Below are positions 1 through 13,510 of a DNA stretch of 64,000 nucleotides, piece after piece. The position numbers and the translations under genes were made by a program. The notes below the pieces were generated by a model that saw nothing but the letters and a program-made list of their open reading frames with translations, ran no database searches and was not told where the DNA came from. Each line of letters begins with the position of its first letter. Position 1 is the stretch's first letter. Source of the stretch: Terriglobia bacterium (lineage in GTDB: Bacteria > Acidobacteriota > Terriglobia > JAJPHL01 > JAPKYU01); assembly GCA_965223005.1 (NCBI GenBank), contig CBDCVK010000006.1, forward strand, positions 1 through 64,000, in the 5' to 3' direction.

Positions 1-563
1 TGGTGGCCTATGACTACGGCATAAAGCGCAACATCCTGCGTCGGCTGACCCTGGAAGGCTGCCGCGTGACCGTGGTGCCTTCGCTGACCAGCGCCGAAGA
101 GGTGCTGGCGCTGGAACCCGACGGCATCTTTCTCTCCAACGGCCCTGGCGACCCGGAGCCGCTCGAAGCGCAGGTCGACCAGGTTCGCCGCCTGATCGGC
201 CGGAAGCCCATCTTTGGCATCTGCCTCGGGCACCAGATTCTTGGCCGGGCTCTGGGCGGCAAGACCTACAAGCTGAAATTCGGGCACCATGGCGCCAACC
301 ATCCGGTGAAAAACCTGCTGACCGGGAAGGTGGAGATTACCTCGCATAATCACGGCTTCGCAGTGGATCCGGATTCGCTGAACCGCAGCCAAGTGGAGCC
401 GACGCATATGAACCTGAACGACCAGACGCTGGAGGGCTTCCGCCACCGCGCCGCGCCCCTGTTCTGCGTGCAGTATCACCCGGAGGCGGCACCCGGACCC
501 CACGATTCGCTCTACCTGTTTCAGGATTTCATGAAGCTGATGGAGGATTGCAAGAGTCGGTAG
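1..563 (+). CDS. carA: Carbamoyl-phosphate synthase small subunit, C-terminal part (gene starts before the window)
   Basis: Class I GATase motifs SNGPGDP, GICLGHQ, HNHGFAV, QYHPE; directly upstream of carB. Confidence 0.97.
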   Translation, partial: VAYDYGIKRNILRRLTLEGCRVTVVPSLTSAEEVLALEPDGIFLSNGPGDPEPLEAQVDQVRRLIGRKPIFGICLGHQILGRALGGKTYKLKFGHHGANHPVKNLLTGKVEITSHNHGFAVDPDSLNRSQVEPTHMNLNDQTLEGFRHRAAPLFCVQYHPEAAPGPHDSLYLFQDFMKLMEDCKSR

Positions 564-597
564 TGGGATGAACGAACTCTGGAGCTGAATTCAAATA

Positions 598-3848
<3,251 letters not shown>

Positions 3849-3852
<4 letters not shown>

Positions 3853-5672
3853 CCTGCTTTTTCGGCTTTGGTCTTCTGCCGGAGGACCCAGTCCTTGATG
3901 TGTGCCTCGAGGATGTCGAGCGGTAGCGCGCCGTTGCTCAGCACTTGGTCGTGGAAGGCGCGGAGGTCGAAGGCGTCGCCCAGTTCCCGGCTGGCGTACT
4001 GGCGCAGGTCGCTGATCTTCAACTGGCCCATCTTGTACGACAAGGCCTGGCCGGGGATGACAAGGTAGCGGTCCACTTCGACCACAATAGAATGATCCGC
4101 CAGGGCTGTGTTTTCTTTGAGGAAGTCAATGGCCTGCTGCCGCGACCAGCCCTTGGCGTGCAAGCCGGTATCGACCACCAGTCGCGCCGCCCGGAAGATT
4201 TCGAAAGTCAACTGACCGAACTTCGAGTAGGGGTCCTCCAGAAAACCCATCTCCTCGCCCAGTGTTTCCGCGTAGAGGCCCCACCCTTCGATGTAAGCGC
4301 CGACGTAGTTCCGCTTGCGGAACTCGGGCAGTCCTTCCAACTCCAGAGAGATAACACTCTGGAGTTGGTGGCCGGGAACGGCCTCGTGGAGAATCAGGGC
4401 TTCCATCTCCCACTTAGGGCGGCTCTTCAAGTCGTAGGTGTTAACGAAGAAGGTGCCCGGCCTCCCGGCCCGAACCGAACCCGGCCGAAAGTAGGCGCCG
4501 GGGGCAGACTTCTCCGCATACCCTGGGACCGGTCGGACGGCGCAGGGCAGCCGCGGCAACCGCCCGAAGAGCTTGACGGTGGCCGCGTCGGCGCGCTTGG
4601 CGGTGGCACGGTAGTCGCGCAGCATCTCGTCTTTGTTGGTGTAGAAGAATCGCGGATCGCTTTGCAGGAATTTTCGGAACTCCGCCAGACTGCCCTCGAA
4701 ACCGGTTTCCTCGATGATTTCTTCCATCTCGGCCAGGATGCGCTTCACCTCCGCGAGGCCGATTTTGTGAATCTGCTCCGGGTTCAGGCCGGTGCTGGTG
4801 TACAGGCGGACCAGATAGGTATACCAGGCCTCTCCGTCGGGCAACGCGCTGTGAGCGGTCTCTTCCCGCGCCGCCGGGATGTAGGTTTCGACCAGATAGT
4901 CGTGCAGCTGCTGATAGGCGGGGCGGATGCCCTCGATGTAGACCCTCTTTGCCGTTGCCGTGAGCCGCTCCCGTTCCGCCTCGGGAATGGAGTTGGGAAA
5001 TTTCTTGAAGGGGCGGAGCAGGGGGCTTGCCATCGGGTCGTCCACCATCTGAGCCTGTATCTGCTCGGGCACGTTGCGCAGGGTAATCCTCGGCGGCGTC
5101 AGCCCGCGTGCAAGCCCCCGCTTCATCGACTCGATGCTCTGGATGATGTAAGTCGGCAATGCCTCGAGCCGTGCCACGATGTTTTCGTACTGCTTCACCG
5201 TGGAGGTGGGCATAGCGTCGATGACCCGGGCCGGGGACTGCTGCGGCCCGCCCAACTGGTTAATGGGCATCGGGCCGCCGAAGCCGGGCTCGCCCTTGAG
5301 TCCGCGTGGGTAGAGGTTGCCCTCCAGTCGCTGCTTCAGGTTTTTACGGTAGAGGTCGTAGTTAAGCTTGTCTGCGGGATCGAGCTGGAAGCGGTCGAAC
5401 GACTCTAGCTTTTCGAGTGACTCCTTCTTCCGCCGATGCCGCCGCTGGATGCCCTCCCAGGATTGGTCCGTCCATCGATGGTTGTACCCGGGATAGCCGA
5501 CAAAGGTGGCGAACTCCGGGTTGTCCTCCATGCCGCGCTTCCAGTCCGCGGCCAGGAACTGGCGAAAGCGCCCCCTCTCGCTGCCAGTCTTCGCCTCCTC
5601 GCCTCGTGCGGCTGCCAGCAGAACCAGCAGGGGCAACAGGAGTAACGCCCGTAAGCGCTTGCTTGCATGCAT
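3849..5672 (-). CDS. DUF885 family secreted putative metallopeptidase
   Basis: Signal peptide; [43 protein letters not shown] motifs; 4-bp convergent overlap with carB. Confidence 0.92.
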
Positions 5673-5685
5673 AGGAACTCTTCTT

Positions 5686-5733
5686 GCCAGGATAGGTCAA
5701 AGCCAGTATAGGTCCAAGCGAGGATAGGTCCAA
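5686..5733. repeat. Imperfect 16-bp tandem repeat x3 in divergent intergenic region
   Basis: gccaggataggtcaaa / gccagtataggtccaa / gcgaggataggtccaa. Confidence 0.85.
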
Positions 5734-5877
5734 GAAAACGGCGGTGTCAACACATTGGACGGGATTCCGGTCTTCCTGATCCTCGCGCCAGTGGAAGGGC
5801 CGCATGGCTCCCAGGAGGGACAATCAAACGGCGGAGAATCGGCTTCTACGACTGGGTTCGCGCGCTACAATGAGTTT

Positions 5878-7047
5878 ATGCGCATCATTGTGATCGGATA
5901 CGGCAGGGTGGGCGCGGAAACGGTTCGGCGGCTTAGCCTCGAAGAGCATCACATCACCGTCATTGATAAAGACCGCCGCGTGCTGGAACGGGCGGCGCGC
6001 GACATCCGCGCCCGAGTGGTCTTTGGCGATGCCACTGACCCGGAACTGTTGCGCGAAGCGGGCGCCGAGAAGGCCGACGTGGTCTTTGCTCTGACCCGCG
6101 ATGAGAACACCAACCTGATGGCCGCCCAGATCGCCAGGGCCTTATTCAAAGTGCCCCGGGTCGTGGCCGTGGTCTATGACACACAGCGCGAGCAAAGTTT
6201 TCACGCCGCCGGAATCGAGACCATGGCTCTCACGGTGGCCGGCGCGGAATTCCTGGCCCTGACCTTGCAGGGGGTCTCGACCCGCACCGAAACCGCCTTC
6301 GAAGAAGTGCGCCGCGTGCTGGAGGAACGTCAGCCCGCACCTGCCCCGGCGCCGCTCCATTCCGGTGAGTTTCAGCAGCCCTGCTACATGATCGTGGTGG
6401 GGGGTGGCAGAGTGGGCTACTACTTGGCTCGCATGCTGCTCAACAAGGGCAACGAAGTCACCCTCATCGAATCCAACCCGGAAGTCTATGCCAGGGTTTG
6501 CAACCAGCTGGATTGTCCAGTGCTCCGAGGCGACGGTTCGACTATCGAGATCTTGGAGAAGGCAGGCGCCAACCGATGCCACGTGTTTGTGGCCGTCACC
6601 AATCACGACCACGACAACTTGATCGCCTGCCAGGTGGCCAAGTTCCACTTTGGCATCCCCAAGACGATCGCCCGCGTCAAGAACCCGAAGAATGAAGCCG
6701 TGATGCAGAAACTGGGCGTGGACGTCACGGTCAGCTCCACGGCCATCATCAGCGAGGTGATTGAAAGTGTTGTGCCGGCCACCAAGATCCGCACCTTGCT
6801 GAACATCCACACCGGCGACCTGGAAATTCTGGAGTTCTCGTTGGACGCCAATTCGCCGCTGGTGGGGAAGAAATTGAAGGACATTGTATTTCCTCAGGAG
6901 ACCAGCATTGTCACGGTGCTGCGCGACGGTCAAGCTATGGTGCCGCGCGGCGACACTGCCTTCAACTCGCACGACACTGTGCTGGCGCTGGCGCACACCA
7001 CGGCCGAGACCGCCCTGCGCAACCTCATGCTCGGCGAAAATTTGTAG
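5878..7047 (+). CDS. trkA: TrkA/Ktr-type K+ transport regulatory protein (RCK_N + RCK_N + RCK_C)
   Basis: Two Rossmann motifs (IIVIGYGRVG, IVVGGGRVG), C-terminal TrkA_C; start moved to ATG 5878 where the domain begins. Confidence 0.85.
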   Translation: MRIIVIGYGRVGAETVRRLSLEEHHITVIDKDRRVLERAARDIRARVVFGDATDPELLREAGAEKADVVFALTRDENTNLMAAQIARALFKVPRVVAVVYDTQREQSFHAAGIETMALTVAGAEFLALTLQGVSTRTETAFEEVRRVLEERQPAPAPAPLHSGEFQQPCYMIVVGGGRVGYYLARMLLNKGNEVTLIESNPEVYARVCNQLDCPVLRGDGSTIEILEKAGANRCHVFVAVTNHDHDNLIACQVAKFHFGIPKTIARVKNPKNEAVMQKLGVDVTVSSTAIISEVIESVVPATKIRTLLNIHTGDLEILEFSLDANSPLVGKKLKDIVFPQETSIVTVLRDGQAMVPRGDTAFNSHDTVLALAHTTAETALRNLMLGENL

Positions 7048-7056
7048 CGGCGGATT

Positions 7057-7072
7057 TGCGCCAACGGGCGCA
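7057..7072 (+). terminator. GC hairpin between convergent trkA and bshC (possible terminator, no clear U-tract)
   Basis: tgcgcc-aacg-ggcgca, extendable with mismatches. Confidence 0.35.
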
Positions 7073-7180
7073 GCTCTGTGGTTGCCTAAGTTGCCGAAGC
7101 CCCCGCGTCAGCAAGCGGTTGCTCGGGTTGCGACGTGAGGCCTCAGCAGGCTGTTGAAGTGGGCGAGAAGCAGGGTCGGG

Positions 7181-8800
7181 TCAGAGAACCAGAACCTGGT
7201 GGTCGGCGCTGTGTGGTGAAATCCGTTGGTAGAGACGATCCAGTAAGTCAGGGCCAAACTGCCCCAGGAAGGAAACTCCGCTGTAGACACGTTCCTGAAG
7301 GTTCTTCCGTGGATAGAGGAGATTTTCCAAAATAACCGCGTCACGCTCCATCTGCCTGGAACGAAGACCGGCGGCGCGGGCAGCCTTGCGTTTGATGTTG
7401 GCCAGTTGATAATTCATTTTCCGGGCGGACGTGGCCACGGCGTCGGCCAGGGTGTGGTCGAAAGCCTCCATCTGCTGGCGCAGAGAGGTCAGCATCTCCT
7501 GGAGCTGACGCTCATCCTGTGTGAAGGCGGCCGCCAGCTCGGGAGGCAACAGTTGCTCGGCCATTTTCTCGCGGAGGATTTGTGAGTTGGCCAGCACGTC
7601 CGCCAGTGTCACCTGGTATCGTCCCAGCAGCTCTTCGGCGTGCGTGTCCAGCAGCGTGAAACTGGCCCGGGGATGAATCACCGGCATGCGCCCCAGCAGG
7701 TGGTGGTAGAGCGCGCTGGCCTGCGCCAGGTAAGCTACCTCAGCCGGTCCTCCGACGTAGGCGACGGTAGGCAACAGATAATCCTGCAAGACGGGACGTA
7801 GAAGAACATTGGGTGAGAAATCGTCAGGAGAGCGCTCCAGATGTTCCATTAATTCGGCGGTGCTCCGCTGCTCGTCGCCTACCAGGAATTCGCCGTCGCG
7901 GCGTCGCAAGGCAGTACGTTGGCCGCCAGTGCGCTGAAATAACAAGGTGGAATGGTTAGTGACGTGCACCTGGGCGTGATAGCCGGCTTGGGCCAGCTCC
8001 CGGTTGCGGTCGAGCAACGCTTGGCGCAACTCGTCGGCCGATTCCAGGGCACGCCGGAACAGACCGGTCGCTAGCCGGTGCAGGCGCGGATGCATCGGGT
8101 CCAGCAGCAACACCCCGAAGCGGCCCATCAGCCGAGCCATCAGGCGACCGAAGGCGCTTCCGAAGGTCTCTCCGGGACGATACGTTTCAGCAAGCGCGCG
8201 GGCGAGTTCCGGTTTCCAATCGTTTTCCGGCAGCAAGCCGATTGCCTGCTCGATCTGCCGGGCAAACCCGTCGCTTATGGTCACCTCGCCTACCGGCCTG
8301 TTAGGCGCGCGTGGTGTCTCTTCGTCGGCGATGCGGTGTAGCTGGTTGTCGGCGTTGAACAGGAAGGCGTGGTTGACCTCCTCCAGGTCGTGGTCTTCGG
8401 TAGCCAGCCAGAAGACGGGTACGCAATCCAGGCCCGCCGCAGTCAGACGCTCGGCCAGGCGGATGGCCGTGAGTGCCTTGTAAAAAGCAAACACGGGCCC
8501 GGTGAACAGGCCCACCTGTTGGCCGGTCACCACTGCTGCTGACCCCTGTCGGAAGCGTTCGAGATTACGTCGGGTTTGCTCGGTGGCCCCGAACCGTTCG
8601 CTCTGTTCCTCTAAAACCTCGGCCGCCGCCGAGCGGGTTTCCTCCGGGTAGGTCACCGACTTGGCGGCCTGGAAAAACGATGCGTCGTCGAACGGGGCGA
8701 AGCTGTAAAAAGACCGGACTCGATCAAACTGGTAGAGAAAGTCGGTGAACAACCGCGTGGCATGCGGGATGTTGGTCTGCTTCATGCACTGACACTGCAT
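7181..8800 (-). CDS. bshC: Bacillithiol biosynthesis cysteine-adding enzyme BshC
   Basis: VVTGQQVGLFTGP, VPVFWLATEDHDLEEV, SPNVLLRP..QD.LLPT.AYVGGPAEVAY, LQERV motifs; likely start ATG 8800. Confidence 0.93.
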   Translation of the reverse strand: MQCQCMKQTNIPHATRLFTDFLYQFDRVRSFYSFAPFDDASFFQAAKSVTYPEETRSAAAEVLEEQSERFGATEQTRRNLERFRQGSAAVVTGQQVGLFTGPVFAFYKALTAIRLAERLTAAGLDCVPVFWLATEDHDLEEVNHAFLFNADNQLHRIADEETPRAPNRPVGEVTISDGFARQIEQAIGLLPENDWKPELARALAETYRPGETFGSAFGRLMARLMGRFGVLLLDPMHPRLHRLATGLFRRALESADELRQALLDRNRELAQAGYHAQVHVTNHSTLLFQRTGGQRTALRRRDGEFLVGDEQRSTAELMEHLERSPDDFSPNVLLRPVLQDYLLPTVAYVGGPAEVAYLAQASALYHHLLGRMPVIHPRASFTLLDTHAEELLGRYQVTLADVLANSQILREKMAEQLLPPELAAAFTQDERQLQEMLTSLRQQMEAFDHTLADAVATSARKMNYQLANIKRKAARAAGLRSRQMERDAVILENLLYPRKNLQERVYSGVSFLGQFGPDLLDRLYQRISPHSADHQVLVL

Positions 8801-8898
8801 CGGTCCTTCAGCGGATGGTACCATAACCTCTTCTAGATTCCGGTCGTAGCCGAGGGACTCCATTCTGGCTCAGGGAGGTTCCGCATCTTGCCTGTTTG

Positions 8899-10893
8899 TT
8901 ATCTTCGCTTGCCGGCGGCGTGGTCCCACCGCTCGGCCGCCTGTCTGAGGATTTCCGGCAGGTCGTGATCGAGCAGATACCTCCGCTCGATCAATTGCAG
9001 GGCAGAGGCGGCCACCTTCCCCAGGTACTGAGCGCGGTCGCGGTAGCGTTCTTCGATCGAACGCCGAGGGTCGCCCGTGCGCAGCCGTTCGGCGCGAGTT
9101 CGTGGGAAGGGGATGTAGCTTCCGGCCATGCTGGAAATTTCGTCCGGAGGGCCCGATCTCGCATTGAACAGATTCCATCCGGTATAGGTGGCCAGAGGGA
9201 CAGCCACCTCTGGCAACCTTAAACCATTAGTTTCATTTCCGTCCGCATCTACTTGTGGCACAAGCGCCGGGAATGGTTTGCCAATCCTTGGTGGCTCCCG
9301 CGTGACGATCCCGGATTTCCACTTCGGCCCGTAGTCGGCACGGTAGGCCGAGAGCACCCGCGCCGAGTAGCCCACTCCGGGAATCTTTGGGAAGCCCAGC
9401 GCTTCAGCCGACACCAGCGTCCCGTCCGCAAGGCGTGGGTAGAGGCTGGGTGGCGGCGGCTCACCCTTGCTGACCCAACGATCCAGCGCCACCAGTAGCG
9501 CGCGCATGGCCCAGCGAAAATCGTTTGGGTTATCGCGCTGCTGCCCGATCGTCCGCGCGGGTGGAAACGGGGCAGGGCCGTGCTGCGAGCCGGCAAACAG
9601 GTAAATGCGCACATTGTCAGGGATGGGCGCGTCGGATTTGCTGTCCAGGCTGGTATGGATCAGCGATGCTGCCCGGCCCCAGTATTCGTAGGACGCGTTG
9701 GTGTGAAAGATCCGTGGGGCCGTACCGCTGTGGCGGGCCCGCCGCAGCAGGCCATCGGTCAGCCCGGTCTCCGGGTCGGTCTGTGCGACATCGGTGAAGG
9801 GAAAGATGACGGTGGGGTAGAAGAAATTCATGAAGGGATGGGCGTCGCGTGACGGCTGGGCGAAGCGGTGGTTGAAGCTTCCCCGGGAGGCGCCGGCCAC
9901 GTGCGGGATGACCCCATCCAACACCTGGCGGCCAGCTTCGTCCTGGTTGAAGCCGTAGTAAAGGAAGGTGCGCAGGAAGCGGCCGCTTTGCGAGACGCCG
10001 AAGGCGTAGGCGCGGCGGATGGCAGGAATCAGGGGCTCCTCAGGCGGAGCGCCCGGTGCGGCCGCGCGCCCGTATTTCAGGTGCGAAAGGAAGTCACGCA
10101 CGGCCGTCGGCCCCAGGCCCACCAGCACTGGATCTTTACCCGTGTACACAACTTCGTAGATCTTGTGCGGCTCAAAGCCCGCCGATATTTCCACGCTGGT
10201 GCGGTCCGCCGAGAATTCCCAATGCTTTCGGGGGATGAGCCGGCGCGGCGAGTCCACACGATCGCGCACTGTCAGGGTGGCTTGGGGATCGTCCGGATCA
10301 GCTACCCGGTAGGGAATGTGGTTGCGGTCGGAGAGCAAGCGCCGGGTGACCCTTTCCGTCACCACGAAATCGGCGCGCACGAGTCCCTGGATGTCGCGCG
10401 CCACCGGAGCATACAGGCGCATTAGCCCTGGCCTTGGCGGCGGGTCCCACTGCCATCCCAGCCAGACCAGCGTGTAGCCCTGCCGCAGCAGGAAGCCGTC
10501 GCCAAACTCGGCTCCCGTGCTGGGGTCGAGGCTGTACGGAGCGCGATTGAAAAAACTCAGCATGACTTTGCGGCCGCGATTGGGAATGTCGCACAGCACC
10601 ACACCGTTGCCGAGCTCCGGGTTCTTGGGCTTCAACACGTATAGGTCAGAGGAAAATTCCACCTTGCCTTCAGCATTGCGCGGGGCTTTGTCAATGTCGG
10701 CGATGATCTGGTTGATGGGGTTGGCGGGGTCCACGGCAAAGTAGACCTTGCCGGCCAGCTTCTCGTAGGGTCCGGCCAGGCCGAACGTGCGCCCATCGAG
10801 AACGTCACTGCGCGCGTGAATCTCGATGCGCGCAACCTCGGCCCACAGCGCGCTGGAGCACAAAAGGAAAACGAGCAACTGTCTGAGCCACAT
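8899..10893 (-). CDS. Secreted alpha/beta hydrolase domain-containing protein
   Basis: Signal peptide; GPYEKL.G, NRG, GWQWD, nucleophile elbow GVSQSGRFLR, EYWGR, VDADGNE motifs. Confidence 0.85.
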   Translation of the reverse strand: MWLRQLLVFLLCSSALWAEVARIEIHARSDVLDGRTFGLAGPYEKLAGKVYFAVDPANPINQIIADIDKAPRNAEGKVEFSSDLYVLKPKNPELGNGVVLCDIPNRGRKVMLSFFNRAPYSLDPSTGAEFGDGFLLRQGYTLVWLGWQWDPPPRPGLMRLYAPVARDIQGLVRADFVVTERVTRRLLSDRNHIPYRVADPDDPQATLTVRDRVDSPRRLIPRKHWEFSADRTSVEISAGFEPHKIYEVVYTGKDPVLVGLGPTAVRDFLSHLKYGRAAAPGAPPEEPLIPAIRRAYAFGVSQSGRFLRTFLYYGFNQDEAGRQVLDGVIPHVAGASRGSFNHRFAQPSRDAHPFMNFFYPTVIFPFTDVAQTDPETGLTDGLLRRARHSGTAPRIFHTNASYEYWGRAASLIHTSLDSKSDAPIPDNVRIYLFAGSQHGPAPFPPARTIGQQRDNPNDFRWAMRALLVALDRWVSKGEPPPPSLYPRLADGTLVSAEALGFPKIPGVGYSARVLSAYRADYGPKWKSGIVTREPPRIGKPFPALVPQVDADGNETNGLRLPEVAVPLATYTGWNLFNARSGPPDEISSMAGSYIPFPRTRAERLRTGDPRRSIEERYRDRAQYLGKVAASALQLIERRYLLDHDLPEILRQAAERWDHAAGKRR

Positions 10894-11027
10894 GCCGGTA
10901 TTTTACCTGTGCGTATCGCGGGTTTTTGGGGCCAAAAGCGAGGGAAAGGCGCTGCGCAGAGGGGCGAGCATGGGAACATCGCCCTTGATGGCGCGCCAAA
11001 GGATCGCGTTCATCTGTTGGTCATCCA

Positions 11028-13415
11028 TCAGTCTCTGAAATCCATGCGAGCCGAGGCGGCAGCGCCTGGGGCTTCGGGCGGATTGCGCTCGTTCAGGTTC
11101 ACCTCCGGCTTCACGACGGTGTAGGAGCGAAAGTCAGGTTTGTCGGTAAAGGCGGCGTACATCGGGGTGGCGGCGGCATCCTGCTGCGTCAAGGGGGGCA
11201 GACCGAGGATCAGCTCGATCGTGCGCAGGACGCTAACGGTAGAGTACATCGTGCTGTCCACCACGCCCCGTTTGGCATAAGGGCTGATCACCAGCGCGAT
11301 CGAGCGGTGCGAGTCCACATGGTCCGGCCCGTTCTGCGCGTCATCCTCCAGCACGAAGATGGCGGTCTCCTTCCAGTAGCGGCTGCGGGTCACCGCCTCG
11401 ACGATCCGTCCCAGCGCCAGGTCGTTGTCGGCCACCATGGCGCGAGGCGTCCAGGCCCCGGGGCGGGTGCCGGCGGTGTGATCGTTGGGCAGGCGCACGA
11501 TCTGGAGCTGCGGCAGGTCACCGTTCTTCTCGAACTGGCGAAACTCGCGCAGCCACTCCTCGGCGCGCCTCCGGTCCGAGTAGTTCAGGTCGAAGTTGCG
11601 GTAGTAGGGAGCGACGTGGCCTTCGAGCTCCTTCACCCGTGGCCGGACGGGCTGCTTTGGGTCCTCCGGGTTCTCCGTCCACTCGCCGTAGACGCGGAAG
11701 CTGACGCCGGCCTTCCGTGCGGCATCCCACAGGTAGCCGCCGGGCGGGCGGCTGGTCGGGTCCTGTCCCTGGTAGTCGTAGAGGGCGCGGCGCCCGGCGT
11801 AGGTGGCGGGCCAAAGCTTTTGTACGTAGTCGTTGGCCAGCGCGCCCATGGAGCGGTTGTGGCCGTCGGCGCTTACCTCGGCGCTGGCGTAGAAATTGTC
11901 GAACAACACGAACTGGCGCGCCAGGCGATGGTGGTTGGGCGTGACCGTCTCGCCGAACAGCACCAGCGACGGGTCGCCATTGCCCTCCGGGATGTCGCCG
12001 AAGACCTGGTCATAGGTGCGGTCTTCCTTGATGATGTAGATGACGTGGCGGATCGGAGTCGGTCCGCCAGGCCGTGTGGGAATCACCGTGCCGGGCCCCG
12101 GCGCCGTCTCCAGCAGCTCGTCGTGGTAGGGGGAGGCGGCCAGCGCGCGCCGCGTCAGAATCTTCAACTGGGCTGCGTCCGGCACGTTGATGATGCTCAG
12201 CGAGCCCCTCTGAATGCGCGGCGTGGACTCGGTTTGCGGAGTCCGAGGCCGGTCTGGCTGCGGCCCGCCCGGGTTCGCGCGGCTACCCTGGCCTTTGCCG
12301 TTGGCGACGAACAGGCGCCGCCCGTCGGGTGAGACGCGCACCGCCGTGGGATACCAGCCGGTGGGGATGAAGCCCTCGACACGCGATGCAACCGGGTCCG
12401 GCGTGATCACTGCTACGACGTTGTTGTCGGCATTGGCCACATACAAGCGGCTGCCGTCGGGCGCCAGCGCCAGCGCATTGGGGGTGCTTCCCGGCGGCGA
12501 CTTGGGATGCAGCGCCACGGAGATGCGCTCGCGCACCGCTCCGGTGTCGGCGTCGTGCACGTAGACTTCGTTAGTGTTGGCGCAGGCCACGTACAGGCGT
12601 CCGCGTGGAGCCAGCAGCATGTCGGAGGGGTGCGCTCCGCTGGCGAAGGTGGCCTGCACGTTGCCGGTAGCGGCTTCGATCACGCTGATGGTGCTGCTGC
12701 CCCAGTTGCTGACGTACAGGCGAGTTCCGTCGGAGGAGACCAGCACCCGGTAAGGATGCGCGCCGACCCGGATTTGGCGCGCGACTTTCTCTTTGTCTGG
12801 TCCTTTGTCTGGCCCTTTGTCCGGCTCCTTGTCCCGCCCTTTATCGAGGTTCAGCTCGTAGACCAGACCGGCCTGCATGTCGGCCACGTAGAGCCGCTTG
12901 CCGTCGGGATGCAGAGCCGCGTCGCCCAGGAAGTGGTTGGGGTTCCAGCGCTGGCGCCCACGAGCCAGCGGGTTGGTCACGCCCTCAAAGAGCTTGAATT
13001 CGCGCTCGGGCTTGATTTCGGTTTCGCTGAAGGAAAACTCGCGCACCGTGCCGGCGTTGCCCTCGGGCACGTAGAAGACGTCGCCTTCGGGGTGAATCAC
13101 CAAGCCCAGCCAGGCATGGCTGAGGCCCACGCGAGTGACTCCGCCCTCGCGACCGGGCTGCGCCGAATCCAGGATCAGCACCGAGGGCTGGGTGTAGCCA
13201 GCGCTGAGGACGAACAGCTGCTTCCCGTCCGGGTGCAGGGCCAGCGTCATCGGCAGCGTGTCGGGCAGCGGCACCTGGATTCCGGTCGGCGCCAGCCGCC
13301 AGCCCGTGGGTAGCAGGAACCCCTCCGGCTTCGGCCCCGGCCATTGTGGCTCCGGTGCGCTGGTTTGCAACGCAGCCAGGGCGGCAAGCAACAGTAACGC
13401 CAGCCCACTTCTCAT
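11028..13415 (-). CDS. YncE-type beta-propeller / phosphoesterase (alkaline-phosphatase superfamily) fusion; C-terminal ~40 aa in another frame
   Basis: YVTN-like repeats, GFIPTGWYP, IIKE(D)RTYDQVFGD, LPNDHT.G, EDDAQNGPDHVDSHRS; family-type C-terminus continues to TAA at 10903 after a frameshift. Confidence 0.88.
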   Translation of the reverse strand: MRSGLALLLLAALAALQTSAPEPQWPGPKPEGFLLPTGWRLAPTGIQVPLPDTLPMTLALHPDGKQLFVLSAGYTQPSVLILDSAQPGREGGVTRVGLSHAWLGLVIHPEGDVFYVPEGNAGTVREFSFSETEIKPEREFKLFEGVTNPLARGRQRWNPNHFLGDAALHPDGKRLYVADMQAGLVYELNLDKGRDKEPDKGPDKGPDKEKVARQIRVGAHPYRVLVSSDGTRLYVSNWGSSTISVIEAATGNVQATFASGAHPSDMLLAPRGRLYVACANTNEVYVHDADTGAVRERISVALHPKSPPGSTPNALALAPDGSRLYVANADNNVVAVITPDPVASRVEGFIPTGWYPTAVRVSPDGRRLFVANGKGQGSRANPGGPQPDRPRTPQTESTPRIQRGSLSIINVPDAAQLKILTRRALAASPYHDELLETAPGPGTVIPTRPGGPTPIRHVIYIIKEDRTYDQVFGDIPEGNGDPSLVLFGETVTPNHHRLARQFVLFDNFYASAEVSADGHNRSMGALANDYVQKLWPATYAGRRALYDYQGQDPTSRPPGGYLWDAARKAGVSFRVYGEWTENPEDPKQPVRPRVKELEGHVAPYYRNFDLNYSDRRRAEEWLREFRQFEKNGDLPQLQIVRLPNDHTAGTRPGAWTPRAMVADNDLALGRIVEAVTRSRYWKETAIFVLEDDAQNGPDHVDSHRSIALVISPYAKRGVVDSTMYSTVSVLRTIELILGLPPLTQQDAAATPMYAAFTDKPDFRSYTVVKPEVNLNERNPPEAPGAAASARMDFRD

Positions 13416-13510
13416 GCCGCCTTAACTATACGAGCAAAACCGGGTAGTGCAAGAAGGGTTGCCATCACGTTCAGGAATTTCCACTACCGACAGAGATCTA
13501 AGACAGGTTC

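Noticed and set aside
3945-5408. Long antisense ORFs (also 706-1725, 11307-12332, 27907-28824, 33404-34564, 37001-37993, 44410-45513)
   Set aside because: Shadow frames of well-supported genes in high-GC DNA, with no recognisable motifs
5686-5733. Short repeats as a CRISPR array
   Set aside because: No spacers, units only 16 bp, no cas genes
7145-7158. agcaggctgttgaa resembling an IS terminal repeat
   Set aside because: Only 14 bp, with no partner end, transposase or target duplication
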